From: Candidatus Latescibacterota bacterium
GTDB taxonomy: Bacteria > Latescibacterota > UBA2968 > GCA-2709665
Direction of reading: 5' to 3'
Assembly: GCA_965248435.1 (NCBI GenBank)
Contig: OZ252100.1
Coordinates: 4,640,001-4,704,000 of the forward strand
Length of the DNA: 64,000 nt
A program made the translations under genes and the position numbers. Shown here one piece after another: positions 9,950 to 18,901 of this stretch. Within the stretch, counting starts at the first letter, position 1. Each line of letters starts with the position of its first letter. The notes under the pieces are model-generated. The model was given only the letters and a program-made list of their open reading frames with translations, was not told the origin of the DNA and ran no database searches.

Positions 9950-10919
9950 CAGACGGTTAAAGCGGATGCCCTTCGCGGCGAGATTCGCGGAAAGAAGAAG
10001 CTGGAGCCCATACCGTTTGGCACATTCGCTGATGAATACCTGAAGGTCTGGGGTCTTAAGCGGAAACCAAGCACTGTTGAACGAGAGAAGACCCGCATTG
10101 ATGGAATCCTAAAACCATATTTTGGACAGAAACCCATTCAAACCATTTCTCGCAAGGACATTGACCTCTATATTGCTAAACGGCTGAGCGGCGAATTTCG
10201 CATACGGCTCTCCGGAGGTATCTCCAAAGCTACCGCGAACAGAGAACTTTGTCGTTTGAAGAACATGCTTCAGAAAGCTGTCGAATGGGGATACCTACCG
10301 AGTAATCCAGCTGAAGGGGTCAAGCAGGAACCAGAGAAAGTTGAGGAAGCTGACTTTCTAAGTAGTAGCCAGCCTGTTGGAGGCCTGTGACGAAAATATT
10401 CAAGCCCTGGTGGTAGCAGCTGTTAATACAGGCATGAGATGGGGAGAGTTAATGGCGCTCGAATGGAGGGATATTGACTTTGAGCGGACGCTGATAACTG
10501 TGCGGGATTCCAAGAACAATGAGACACGTTATGTACGAATGAATACGGCTGTCAGCCAAACCCTGGAATCTCATCAGCGAAATCAGGCACAGAAGGCCGG
10601 CGGCATTGTTCCGATTGTCTTCGCAAACCCGGATACTGGCAAGCCCTATCGGGACATCCGCGGGCCTTTTTACAGAGCTCTGCGCAAGGCTGGAATTGCT
10701 CGACACTTTTCTTTTCACGGTCTTCGGCACACAGCCGCCAGTCATCTAGTCATGGCAGGTGTTGATCTCCGAGCAGTAGGGAAGATCCTTGGGCACAAGA
10801 CCGCACAGATTACCCTTCGATACGCCCATCTTGGTCATGACTATCTGAAGGGGGCAGTTGACAGGCTCGATTTCTCACCCGCAAGATTCGAAGCAAATCG
10901 TGCGGATAAAAGCCTATAA
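9950..10919 (+). pseudogene. Phage/ICE-type tyrosine integrase, N-terminally truncated and frameshifted near 10360
   Basis: SAM-like part (SKATANRELCRLKNMLQKAVEWG) and catalytic part (NTGMRWGEL, FHGLRHTAASHL, LGH, LRYAH) lie in different frames. Confidence 0.85.
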
Positions 10920-11267
10920 AGACTCCAGGGATTTTCGTTCGAAAGAATCAGGGCCTTCACTCTTTTGTGAAGGCCCTACTTGTATGTCCCTCTAAGCGGG
11001 TGGAAAGCATGACCTCATGAATGCCATTTATATTCAGGCTTTTCAGGTTATTTCGTCTAGTTTCATAAGCGTTTGTGCTGTATAGACAAAGGCCGAGGAC
11101 ATTTGTATATTGATTCGTGGTATTTCGGCCGGTTTTGGCTTGGCTTGTTAGAAAATTGTTAGAAAACCCCGTGCTGGTTCTATAGGTAGCATTCACGAAC
11201 AGGTTCAGATTATTTCCCTGTGGGGTGGATTCTGCGAAGTTCGTGATATACCCCGCTTCAGCCAATA

Positions 11268-11300
11268 TTGCGAACTGGTTCGCTAATGCAGTAGTTGAAC
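11268..11300 (+). other. attI-like recombination site
   Basis: Palindrome GCGAAC-TG-GTTCGC, then inverse core CGCTAAT, 6-nt spacer and GTTGAAC core at the start of the first cassette. Confidence 0.5.
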
Positions 11301-11451
11301 TAAACCGCTTCGCGGTGGCCTGCTGCAAGGCCTTTGCTCTTTGACAACCAGGATATGATACCGTGCAAGTCCGGAGCCACTTTGCAAATGGCTCTGTGCT
11401 TTGCATCCTCCTTCTGCTAACAACGTCCACCATCAGCAGAAGGAGAGAGCC

Positions 11452-12303
11452 ATGACCAAGCATCGGAAGCGAATGATCCGGGACATGCAGTTGAAAGGTT
11501 TAGATCCGGATACGCAGAAGGCGTACGTGAGCGGAGTGGCCGGGCTGTGTCGTTACTGCAAGACACCGCCCGACCGGCTCAGCGAAGAAGAGATCCGCGC
11601 CTATCTGCACTATCTGATCACTGAGCGGAAGCTGTCCCAAAGCTATGTCAACCAGGTATACAGCGGGCTGAAGTTTCTGTTCCAAACGACGTTGAAGCGT
11701 GACTGGGTCGAGTGGGGCATCCCTCGTGCGAAGAAGGCAAAGAAGCTCCCGGTGGTACTCTCCACAGAGGAAGTGCAGCGGCTGATCGACAGGACCAACA
11801 ACCTGAAACACCGTACGCTGCTGATGGTCATTTACTCTGGCGGGCTCAGACTGAGTGAGGCCATCGGGCTAAAGCTTTCCGATATCGACAGTGACCGGAT
11901 GCTGATCCGTGTGCGGGGCAAAGGCCAAAAAGAGCGAGAGACGCTTCTGGCCCAGGAGGCCTTAAAGGCACTCCGCGTCTATTGGCGCACCAACCCGTCT
12001 CGCGATTGGCTGTTCCCCGGCGAAAGACCGGACGCGCCGCTCCATGCTCGCACTGTCCAGAAAGTCTTCGAGCAGGCCTGCCGACGCGCGGAGATACAAA
12101 AGCGTGCGAGTGTCCACTCGCTGCGTCACAGCTTCGCCACGCATCTTCTGGACAACGGAGTCGACATCCGCTTCGTCCAACAACTGTTGGGTCACACGAG
12201 CATTCGAACCACCACCGTCTACCTCCACGTCACCACCCGGGACCTCACGCGTATCAGAAGCCCCCTGGACCTTTTGGGAGATGAAGACAAGCCGACTTCG
12301 TAG
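11452..12303 (+). CDS. Site-specific tyrosine recombinase (XerC/D- and IntI-related, intact)
   Basis: GLRLSE, GKGQKER, HSLRHSFATHLL, LLGH, TTVY; no obvious IntI-specific insertion. Confidence 0.95.
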   Translation: MTKHRKRMIRDMQLKGLDPDTQKAYVSGVAGLCRYCKTPPDRLSEEEIRAYLHYLITERKLSQSYVNQVYSGLKFLFQTTLKRDWVEWGIPRAKKAKKLPVVLSTEEVQRLIDRTNNLKHRTLLMVIYSGGLRLSEAIGLKLSDIDSDRMLIRVRGKGQKERETLLAQEALKALRVYWRTNPSRDWLFPGERPDAPLHARTVQKVFEQACRRAEIQKRASVHSLRHSFATHLLDNGVDIRFVQQLLGHTSIRTTTVYLHVTTRDLTRIRSPLDLLGDEDKPTS

Positions 12304-12315
12304 CGGAGGTCGGCC

Positions 12316-13500
12316 ATGTCACAGGCTCTCGAAGTCGCCGACATCTTCCGGGCCCACGGAGACAGCTATCAAGTAGAATACGGTGATCACATGCCGCTTC
12401 GGCAGAAGCGGGCCATGCGGGCTATCCAGATCTGCCGAACAGCTGCGCTGGGCGGACACGTGGAAGTGTGCGGACACTGCGGAGCGAAGCGGATCGCCTA
12501 CAACTCCTGCCGCAACCGGCACTGTACGAAGTGCCAGTTCCTGACGACCGAACGATGGATCGACGCTCGTAAAGAGGATCTCCTTCCGATCCCATACTTC
12601 CACGTCGTCTTCACGTTGCCCGAGCCCCTGCGGCCGCTTGCTCTGCGGAACCAGAAGCTGATCTACAACCTGGTGTTTAAAGCCGCATCGCAGAGTCTTC
12701 TGGAGCTGGCGCGGGAACGGAAGTATCTTGGAGCGCAGATCGGCTTTACCGCCGTGCTTCATACATGGTCTCAGACACTCATCGACCACCCGCATCTGCA
12801 CTGTATCGTAACTGGAGGTGGGCTGACCCACGACGGTCAGGAATGGAAGGCGGCGCGACGGGGCTTCTTTCTACCCGTAAAAGTTCTGTCCCGACTGTTC
12901 CGGGGGAAGTTCCTTGCGTTCCTGAAGGACGCGCACCAGGAAGGCCTTCTGGCGTTCCCGGGATTGAGTGCTCCACTGGAAGATGCGTTCTTCGATCTGC
13001 TTCGGGGTCTTTACCAGAGAGAATGGACCGTTTACGTCAAGCCGACTTTTGCGGATCCAGAACGCGTCGTGGCCTATCTGGGACGATACACACACCGGAT
13101 CGCCATCTCCAACCACCGGCTGGTCGCCTGTGAGGGCGACCGGGTCTCATTCCACTACCGGGACCGCCAGGACGGCAACCGACGGAAGCTGATGACCGTC
13201 GATGCCTACGAGTTCATCCGGCGGTTCCTGCTTCACATCCTGCCGGATGGCTTCGTGAAGATCCGGCACTACGGACTGCTCAGCAATCGGGGTCGCCGGA
13301 AAAAGCTCGCACGATGCCGTAGGCTCCTGGGCACTGTATGCACGACGGCTTCCGCAGCCACAAAGGCGACCTGGCAGGACCTTCTGCTCCGGGTAACAGG
13401 CATCGATCTTCAGGTCTGTGCGCAGTGCGGAGGCCCTATGCTCACAGTCGGAACCCTCGCGCCTCTGCGAGCGCCTCCGGCACATGTTGCCGTAGCTTGA
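12316..13500 (+). CDS. IS91-family rolling-circle (HUH, Y2) transposase with zinc-binding domain
   Basis: CRTAALGGH..C..C..YNSCRNRHCTKC; HUH motif HPHLH; YLGRYTHR; EFIRRFLLHILP-GFVKIRHYG. Confidence 0.95.
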   Translation: MSQALEVADIFRAHGDSYQVEYGDHMPLRQKRAMRAIQICRTAALGGHVEVCGHCGAKRIAYNSCRNRHCTKCQFLTTERWIDARKEDLLPIPYFHVVFTLPEPLRPLALRNQKLIYNLVFKAASQSLLELARERKYLGAQIGFTAVLHTWSQTLIDHPHLHCIVTGGGLTHDGQEWKAARRGFFLPVKVLSRLFRGKFLAFLKDAHQEGLLAFPGLSAPLEDAFFDLLRGLYQREWTVYVKPTFADPERVVAYLGRYTHRIAISNHRLVACEGDRVSFHYRDRQDGNRRKLMTVDAYEFIRRFLLHILPDGFVKIRHYGLLSNRGRRKKLARCRRLLGTVCTTASAATKATWQDLLLRVTGIDLQVCAQCGGPMLTVGTLAPLRAPPAHVAVA

Positions 13501-13705
13501 GCTCCTACACCATCCCTTGCCCGCAAGCCCAACCACCCAACACGGCAGTAGTCTGTCCACTCTTTGAGCTTGGTAGAGCGACTATGGGATCCTGCGACAT
13601 CGGCCCCTCCAAACAGCTTCAAATACGGTCCGATGACTGGGCCAGCCCAGCGGTCCTTACACAAGAATCACTCATCCAATCCCCATAGGCAGGTGAAGCG
13701 GCTTC

Positions 13706-13780
13706 GTTCAACACCGTGTATCCGGAATCCCGCTCCCATCCACGCTTCTCCGACTCCGGATACACGCTTAATCGTTATAC
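13706..13780 (+). repeat. attC-like site 1 (75 bp)
   Basis: GTTCAAC ... CGTGTATCCGGA/TCCGGATACACG stem ... GTTATAC. Confidence 0.75.
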
Positions 13781-13814
13781 GGCATTGGCCGGGGAATGAA
13801 TCCAGTAACCACCA

Positions 13815-14375
13815 ATGGCAGAGCAACCTAACCTAGAAACCGACAGACTTCTCCTTCGTCCATTTGTGGAGAAAGATGCGCCGAGAGTCCACAAACTCGC
13901 GGGCGATCGGGAGATCGCAGCCACCACTCTCAACATCCCACATCCATACGAAGCGGGAGACGCGGAGAAGTGGATCTCAACCCATAGGAAGGCCTTCGAT
14001 TCCGGAAATGAAGTGATCTTCGCGGTAACCCTCAAGTTAGATGGATTGCTCATTGGCGCGATCGGGCTTGTAATCAGCCGACCACATGACAGAGGGGAGA
14101 TGGGATACTGGATCGGCAAGGAATACTGGGGAAGCGGTTACTGCACAGAAGCTGCGAAGGCTGTTTTGCACTACGGTTTTGACGAACTCGGGTTGAACAA
14201 GATTCACGCGAGGCACATGGACACCAATCCGGCCTCTGGGCGAGTCCTAGAGAAGATCGGTATGGGCTACGAGGGGTGTTTGAAGCAACATTACAAGAAG
14301 TGGGATGCCTTCGGTGATTACCACGTTTACGGAATCCTGCGAGACGAATACCAACAGCAAAGAACAAAATCATAG
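13815..14375 (+). CDS. RimJ/RimL-type GNAT N-acetyltransferase, gene cassette
   Basis: LETDRLLLRPF, EMGYWIGKEYWGSGYCTEA, NPASGRVLEKIGM; lies between two attC-like sites. Confidence 0.92.
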   Translation: MAEQPNLETDRLLLRPFVEKDAPRVHKLAGDREIAATTLNIPHPYEAGDAEKWISTHRKAFDSGNEVIFAVTLKLDGLLIGAIGLVISRPHDRGEMGYWIGKEYWGSGYCTEAAKAVLHYGFDELGLNKIHARHMDTNPASGRVLEKIGMGYEGCLKQHYKKWDAFGDYHVYGILRDEYQQQRTKS

Positions 14376-14390
14376 AACCTGGCCAACGCC

Positions 14391-14534
14391 GTATAACACG
14401 CCGGGCTGCGGCTCCGGCGCATTCGCGCCTCCGCCTAACCTGCCTATCGCTGTCACGCCGCTTGCTTTATCAAAACCGTGGGGGGCAAGCGCCGCGCCAG
14501 CTTGGCAGGTTCGCAGCCCGCGAGACCGTTAAGC
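14391..14534 (+). repeat. attC-like site 2 (144 bp)
   Basis: GTATAAC ... CGGGCTGCG/CGCAGCCCG, AACCTGCC/GGCAGGTT and GCTTGC/GCAAGC stems ... GTTAAGC. Confidence 0.8.
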
Positions 14535-14737
14535 GCACATGTTGTTTTTTGTGTAATGGAAACTATAAGGGAGCAAATGCAGCCTCGAACCACACACAAA
14601 TCTGCATATTTCCTGTCTAACTGGACTAAGGGTATTCATTTAGCGTTGAAACCGTGTATGAGCGTGCCCGATTGAGCCTGTCGGATCACCAGTGGATGGA
14701 GCACTTCATTATCGCCTTCAAGTCTGAGTAAGATCCG

Positions 14738-15904
14738 ATGACTATAACACAAGCATCCGTTGAGGCGCTCACGCGTGGCCCAAAGTATCATTGGTTCGGC
14801 TACTACGATAAGTGCCAGTTCGACCCCACTGGCAGATACGTGCTTGGCATGGAAGTCGACTTTGAACACCGGTCGCCCACGACAGACGATGTCATTTCAA
14901 TCGGGATGATCGATCTGCAGGATGGCAATCGCTGGACCGACCTAGGTCATAGCTCGGCTTGGTGCTGGCAACAGGGCTGCATGCTGCAGTGGCTCCCCGG
15001 CTCCGACACACAGATTGTCTGGAACGATCGGCAGGATGATCGCTTTATCTGCCACGTACTCGACATACGTTCCAGTGAGAAGAAGACGATCCCTTCCCCC
15101 ATCTATACCGTTGCCCCCGACGGCACAACCGCCTTCGCCACGGATTTCAGTCGCAATAACGACACGCGGCCCGGTTATGGCTATCCGGGCATCCCCGACC
15201 CCAACGGGGACTGCCTCGCACCGGACAACTCGGGCATCTGGCGAGTGGACCTCGAGAGCGGAAAAAACGAACTGATTCTCACCATCGCCGACGTCGTGGC
15301 ACTCCCCTACCCGCACGGAGACCTGACCAGGGCAAAGCACTGGTTCAACCACCTGCTGGTCAGTCCCGACGCCTCACGCCTCGAGTTCTTGCATCGATGG
15401 CAAGAGGAGGGCACGCCGAGCCGTCGAACCCGAATGCTGACGTGTGCGCCCGACGGAAGTGATGTGCGCGTCGTGGATGACTGCGGCGTGACATCACATT
15501 TTATATGGCACGATGCTGAGCACATTCTGGCGTGGTCCCAGGCACATTCCTCCCGCGGGAATTTCTGTCTGTTCAACGAGCGTACGGGCAGCTACGAGCC
15601 CATTGGCAGTGACCTGATGACGCGGGATGGTCACGTCAATTGCCTGCCGCAAGCCGAGTGGCTCGTGAACGACACCTATCCGAACGAAGACAGAGTGCGA
15701 AGCCTGTACCTATATCACCTACCAAGTGCTCTACGAATTGACATAGGAGGATTCTTTACGCCCCCGGAATACGACGGCAAGTGGCGTTGTGACCTCCATC
15801 CAAGACTGAGTCCCGACGGCTACAAAGTGATCGTTGACTCTGCGCACGGAGGGAATGGCAGGCAGATGTACCTGATGGATATTGGCGATATCATCGCGCA
15901 TTGA
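14738..15904 (+). CDS. TolB-like beta-propeller protein (oligogalacturonate lyase-like)
   Basis: HWFGYYD, AWCWQQG, HWFNH, RCDLHPR motifs. Confidence 0.7.
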   Translation: MTITQASVEALTRGPKYHWFGYYDKCQFDPTGRYVLGMEVDFEHRSPTTDDVISIGMIDLQDGNRWTDLGHSSAWCWQQGCMLQWLPGSDTQIVWNDRQDDRFICHVLDIRSSEKKTIPSPIYTVAPDGTTAFATDFSRNNDTRPGYGYPGIPDPNGDCLAPDNSGIWRVDLESGKNELILTIADVVALPYPHGDLTRAKHWFNHLLVSPDASRLEFLHRWQEEGTPSRRTRMLTCAPDGSDVRVVDDCGVTSHFIWHDAEHILAWSQAHSSRGNFCLFNERTGSYEPIGSDLMTRDGHVNCLPQAEWLVNDTYPNEDRVRSLYLYHLPSALRIDIGGFFTPPEYDGKWRCDLHPRLSPDGYKVIVDSAHGGNGRQMYLMDIGDIIAH

Positions 15905-15926
15905 TCGTGAGCGTGTGGAAGAGGAG

Positions 15927-16053
15927 ATGATGATGGACGTCTATGGCCGACTGGGAGTCAGGAAGACTAATCAATACGTGCGGCTATGCCACGGATCTGG
16001 GTGGCTCGCTCATGTCGCCGGAGGTCCTCGAGGCGATGGCCGAGGCGTCTCGG
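15927..16053 (+). pseudogene. N-terminal fragment of a SelA/DgaE-like PLP enzyme
   Basis: MDVYGRLGVR / LINTCGYATDLGGSLMSPEVLEAMAEASR split by a frameshift, then truncated. Confidence 0.7.
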
Positions 16054-16157
16054 TCGAACAAGAAAAATCCGATTTCTGATGGCCACCCAGTAATAAAGCA
16101 TAATCGGAAATGTGCCTCAAAGTCATGCCAGAAAACATATGGATTGAAGGAGCGACA

Positions 16158-16532
16158 ATGAGTAACAAGCTAGGTGACAACCTGATCCTGCCGGCCAAGG
16201 ACGCGGTCGTGCAGGCGTTTGATTGGGGTCAGTTGAGTTGGTTCGCGAACGCGGAAATTGGCAACACACAGGCCATGACTGTGGGGCAATGCATCCTGAA
16301 ATCAGGCTGTGAAAACCCACGACATAGCCACCCCAACTGCGAGGAGATTTTGCTGGTCGTTCAGGGAACGATCATGCATTCTTTGGCAGATGAAGAATTC
16401 GAGATGGGGCCTGGCGATACGATCGTTATCCCGCCCAACCTCATTCATAACGCCCGCAATGTGGGGTCCACGGATGCGGTTTTGACCATTGTCTTCTCGT
16501 CGGCACAGCGCCAGACAGTGGGAGAATTCTAA
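16158..16532 (+). CDS. Cupin domain protein
   Basis: HSHPNCEE...PGD...IPPNLIHNARN. Confidence 0.9.
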   Translation: MSNKLGDNLILPAKDAVVQAFDWGQLSWFANAEIGNTQAMTVGQCILKSGCENPRHSHPNCEEILLVVQGTIMHSLADEEFEMGPGDTIVIPPNLIHNARNVGSTDAVLTIVFSSAQRQTVGEF

Positions 16533-16568
16533 TTCAAAAGGGGTCTTTGGAATCTCATTGGGCACCGA

Positions 16569-16628
16569 GTGAAACGTGAAGCGTGAAACGTGATGTAGCA
16601 AATCACGAATCACCTTTCACGCTTCACG
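16569..16628. repeat. Inverted heptamer tandem repeat
   Basis: GTGAAAC/GTGAAGC units followed by complementary TCACG units. Confidence 0.7.
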
Positions 16629-16686
16629 GTATGTGCATCCCCGATTCCTTTCGAGCCCGCAAATCAGACCTAAAAAGAGGAAAACC

Positions 16687-17904
16687 ATGTCAAAAACTGT
16701 CGTCTTGATCGGTGCGCTGGACACAAAAGGACAGGAATTTGCCCTCATCAAACAATTGATTGAAGCTACCGGACTCCAGACGCTGACCGTGGACTTCGGG
16801 GTGATGGGCGAGCCGGCCTTTGAGCCGGACGTGAAACGGGATGCGGTGGCAGCGGCCGGCGGCGGCGATCTGACTCATCTGGCCTCTGGTGACCACAAGG
16901 ATGAAGCGATGCAGACGATGGCTACTGGATTGGCTGTCGTGGTACGCCGGCTGTATGACGAGGGCAAGCTGGACGGGATCATCGGCATGGGCGGCACGGG
17001 TGGCACCTCGATTGCTACCACGGGCATGCGCACGCTGCCGGTCGGTGCGCCCAAGGTCATGGTCTCGACGGTCGGCAGCGGCGATGTGAGCGCCTACGCC
17101 GGTACGAAAGACATCACGTTCATGCCCTCCATCGTGGATGTGGCCGGCATCAACAGCATCAGCCGCGTCATTTACACCAATGCGGCCGGCGCCATCGCCG
17201 GCATGGTCCAGGCCGAAGCGCCGGCCTCCGACGACCAGAAGCCGCTGATCACCGCCTCCATGTTTGGTAACACCACCACCAGCGTGGATCAGGCGCGCAG
17301 CGTCATGGAAGCGCGTGGATACGAGGTGCTGGTCTTCCACGCCACCGGCGTTGGTGGCCGCACGATGGAAAGTTTGATTAGCGATGGTTACATCGTCGGG
17401 TCGCTAGACATCACCACCACCGAATTGGCCGATCATGTTTGCGGTGGTGTCTTTAGCGCCGGCCCAGAGCGTTGTATGGCCGCGTCACTGGCCGGCATTC
17501 CAGCGGTGATCGTGCCCGGCTGTGTCGACATGGCAAATTTTGATGGCATAGAGACCGTGCCAGACAAGTACAAAGACCGGACGCTTTATGAATGGAATCC
17601 CAACGTGACCCTGTTGCGCACCAATGTCGAAGAAAACCGTGTGATGGGCCAGCTGATTGCCGCAGCTGCCAATGCCGCCACGGCCCCGGTCGCGATTGTG
17701 CTCCCGCTCAAGGGCGTCTCCATGTTGGACAGTCCCGGCGGCCAATTTTGCGATCCAGCTGCGGATCAGGCCTGCTTCGATGCTATCAAGCAGAATCTGC
17801 GCAGTGGCATCCCCGTATACGAGCTGGATCACAATATCAACGACCCTGAGTTTTCCGACAAGGTCGCCAACACGCTGTTGGAGATGTTAAGGAATGAGAA
17901 TTAA
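16687..17904 (+). CDS. Tm-1-like ATP-binding domain protein (UPF0261)
   Basis: IGALDTKGQE, GGTGGT, PKVMVST, SIVDVAGIN, SMFGNTT, VFHATGVGG. Confidence 0.92.
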   Translation: MSKTVVLIGALDTKGQEFALIKQLIEATGLQTLTVDFGVMGEPAFEPDVKRDAVAAAGGGDLTHLASGDHKDEAMQTMATGLAVVVRRLYDEGKLDGIIGMGGTGGTSIATTGMRTLPVGAPKVMVSTVGSGDVSAYAGTKDITFMPSIVDVAGINSISRVIYTNAAGAIAGMVQAEAPASDDQKPLITASMFGNTTTSVDQARSVMEARGYEVLVFHATGVGGRTMESLISDGYIVGSLDITTTELADHVCGGVFSAGPERCMAASLAGIPAVIVPGCVDMANFDGIETVPDKYKDRTLYEWNPNVTLLRTNVEENRVMGQLIAAAANAATAPVAIVLPLKGVSMLDSPGGQFCDPAADQACFDAIKQNLRSGIPVYELDHNINDPEFSDKVANTLLEMLRNEN

Positions 17905-18033
17905 ACAACAGACCCAAATGGATTAAGAGAGATTGGAGATTGGCGATTTAGGCTAATCTCCAATCTCTGATCTCCTGACCACGAACGAGTAGGTTGTTAG
18001 TTCTTGGCACTAAACCAATAAGCAGGAGGCAGA

Positions 18034-18864
18034 ATGTCAATTGCACGCGCAGAAATTCTGAAACGGCTCCACGCTCAGGTTGCAGCGGGCAAGCCGATTG
18101 TCGGTTGCGGGGCCGGCACGGGCATCTCGGCCAAGCTGGCAGAGGCCGGCGGCGCCGACCTGATCATCATCTACAATTCCGGGCGCTACCGCATGGCTGG
18201 ACGCGGCTCGTTGGCCGGCATGATGCCCTATGGCGACGCCAACGGGATCGTCGTCGAGATGGCCTCCGAGGTGCTGCCGGTCGTCAAAGACGTGCCTGTC
18301 TTGGCGGGCGTCTGCGGGACCGATCCCTTCCGCCTGATGCCGATTTTTCTCAAGCAGGTAAAGGAAATCGGCTTTTCGGGCGTACAAAACTTCCCGACGG
18401 TCGGCTTGATTGACGGCACATTTCGGGACAACCTGGAGGGCACGGGCATGGGCTACGACAAAGAGGTGGAGGCTATCCGCCTGGCCCACGAGATCGATCT
18501 CTTTACGTCGCCCTACGTCTTTAATCCGGATGAAGCCACAGCGATGGCCCAGGCTGGGGCTGATGTGTTGGTGGCCCATGTGGGGCTAACCACCGCCGGC
18601 ACGATTGGCGCGGCTGTCGCGTTTACCCTCGATGAGGCGATTGAGCGGGCCATGGAAATGGCCGAGGCCGGACGCCGGATACGTCAGGATATTTTGGTCA
18701 TTTGTCACGGCGGGCCCTTTGATGAGCCGGAGAACGTGGGCCAGGCGTTGGCCCGCATGCCCGGTATTGCCGGCTTCTTTGGCGCATCAAGCATTGAACG
18801 GCTGCCCACTGAACGGGCCATCATTGGTCAGGTGACGGCCTTCAAAGCGCTCAAGTTGGGTTAG
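18034..18864 (+). CDS. Phosphoenolpyruvate hydrolase-like TIM-barrel protein
   Basis: [48 protein letters not shown]. Confidence 0.93.
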   Translation: MSIARAEILKRLHAQVAAGKPIVGCGAGTGISAKLAEAGGADLIIIYNSGRYRMAGRGSLAGMMPYGDANGIVVEMASEVLPVVKDVPVLAGVCGTDPFRLMPIFLKQVKEIGFSGVQNFPTVGLIDGTFRDNLEGTGMGYDKEVEAIRLAHEIDLFTSPYVFNPDEATAMAQAGADVLVAHVGLTTAGTIGAAVAFTLDEAIERAMEMAEAGRRIRQDILVICHGGPFDEPENVGQALARMPGIAGFFGASSIERLPTERAIIGQVTAFKALKLG

Positions 18865-18901
18865 CAAGAGATACGACTCAATAATCGGAGAGGTTAGAAC
18901 G

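Larger units (their letters stand above)
11294..13712 (+). mobile_element. Tyrosine recombinase + IS91-family transposase element forming the first cassette
   Basis: Ends GTTGAACTAAACCGCTTCGC and GTGAAGCGGCTTCGTTCAAC are 17/20 inverted repeats around the two genes. Confidence 0.8.

Noticed and set aside
9797-10390. 197-aa ORF as a complete gene
   Set aside because: Its N-terminus is read-through of the tRNA-Thr fragment and a heptamer repeat; only the later part is integrase.
10957-11463. Minus-strand ORF as a divergent intI
   Set aside because: No tyrosine recombinase motifs; it crosses the attI-like region and the element end.
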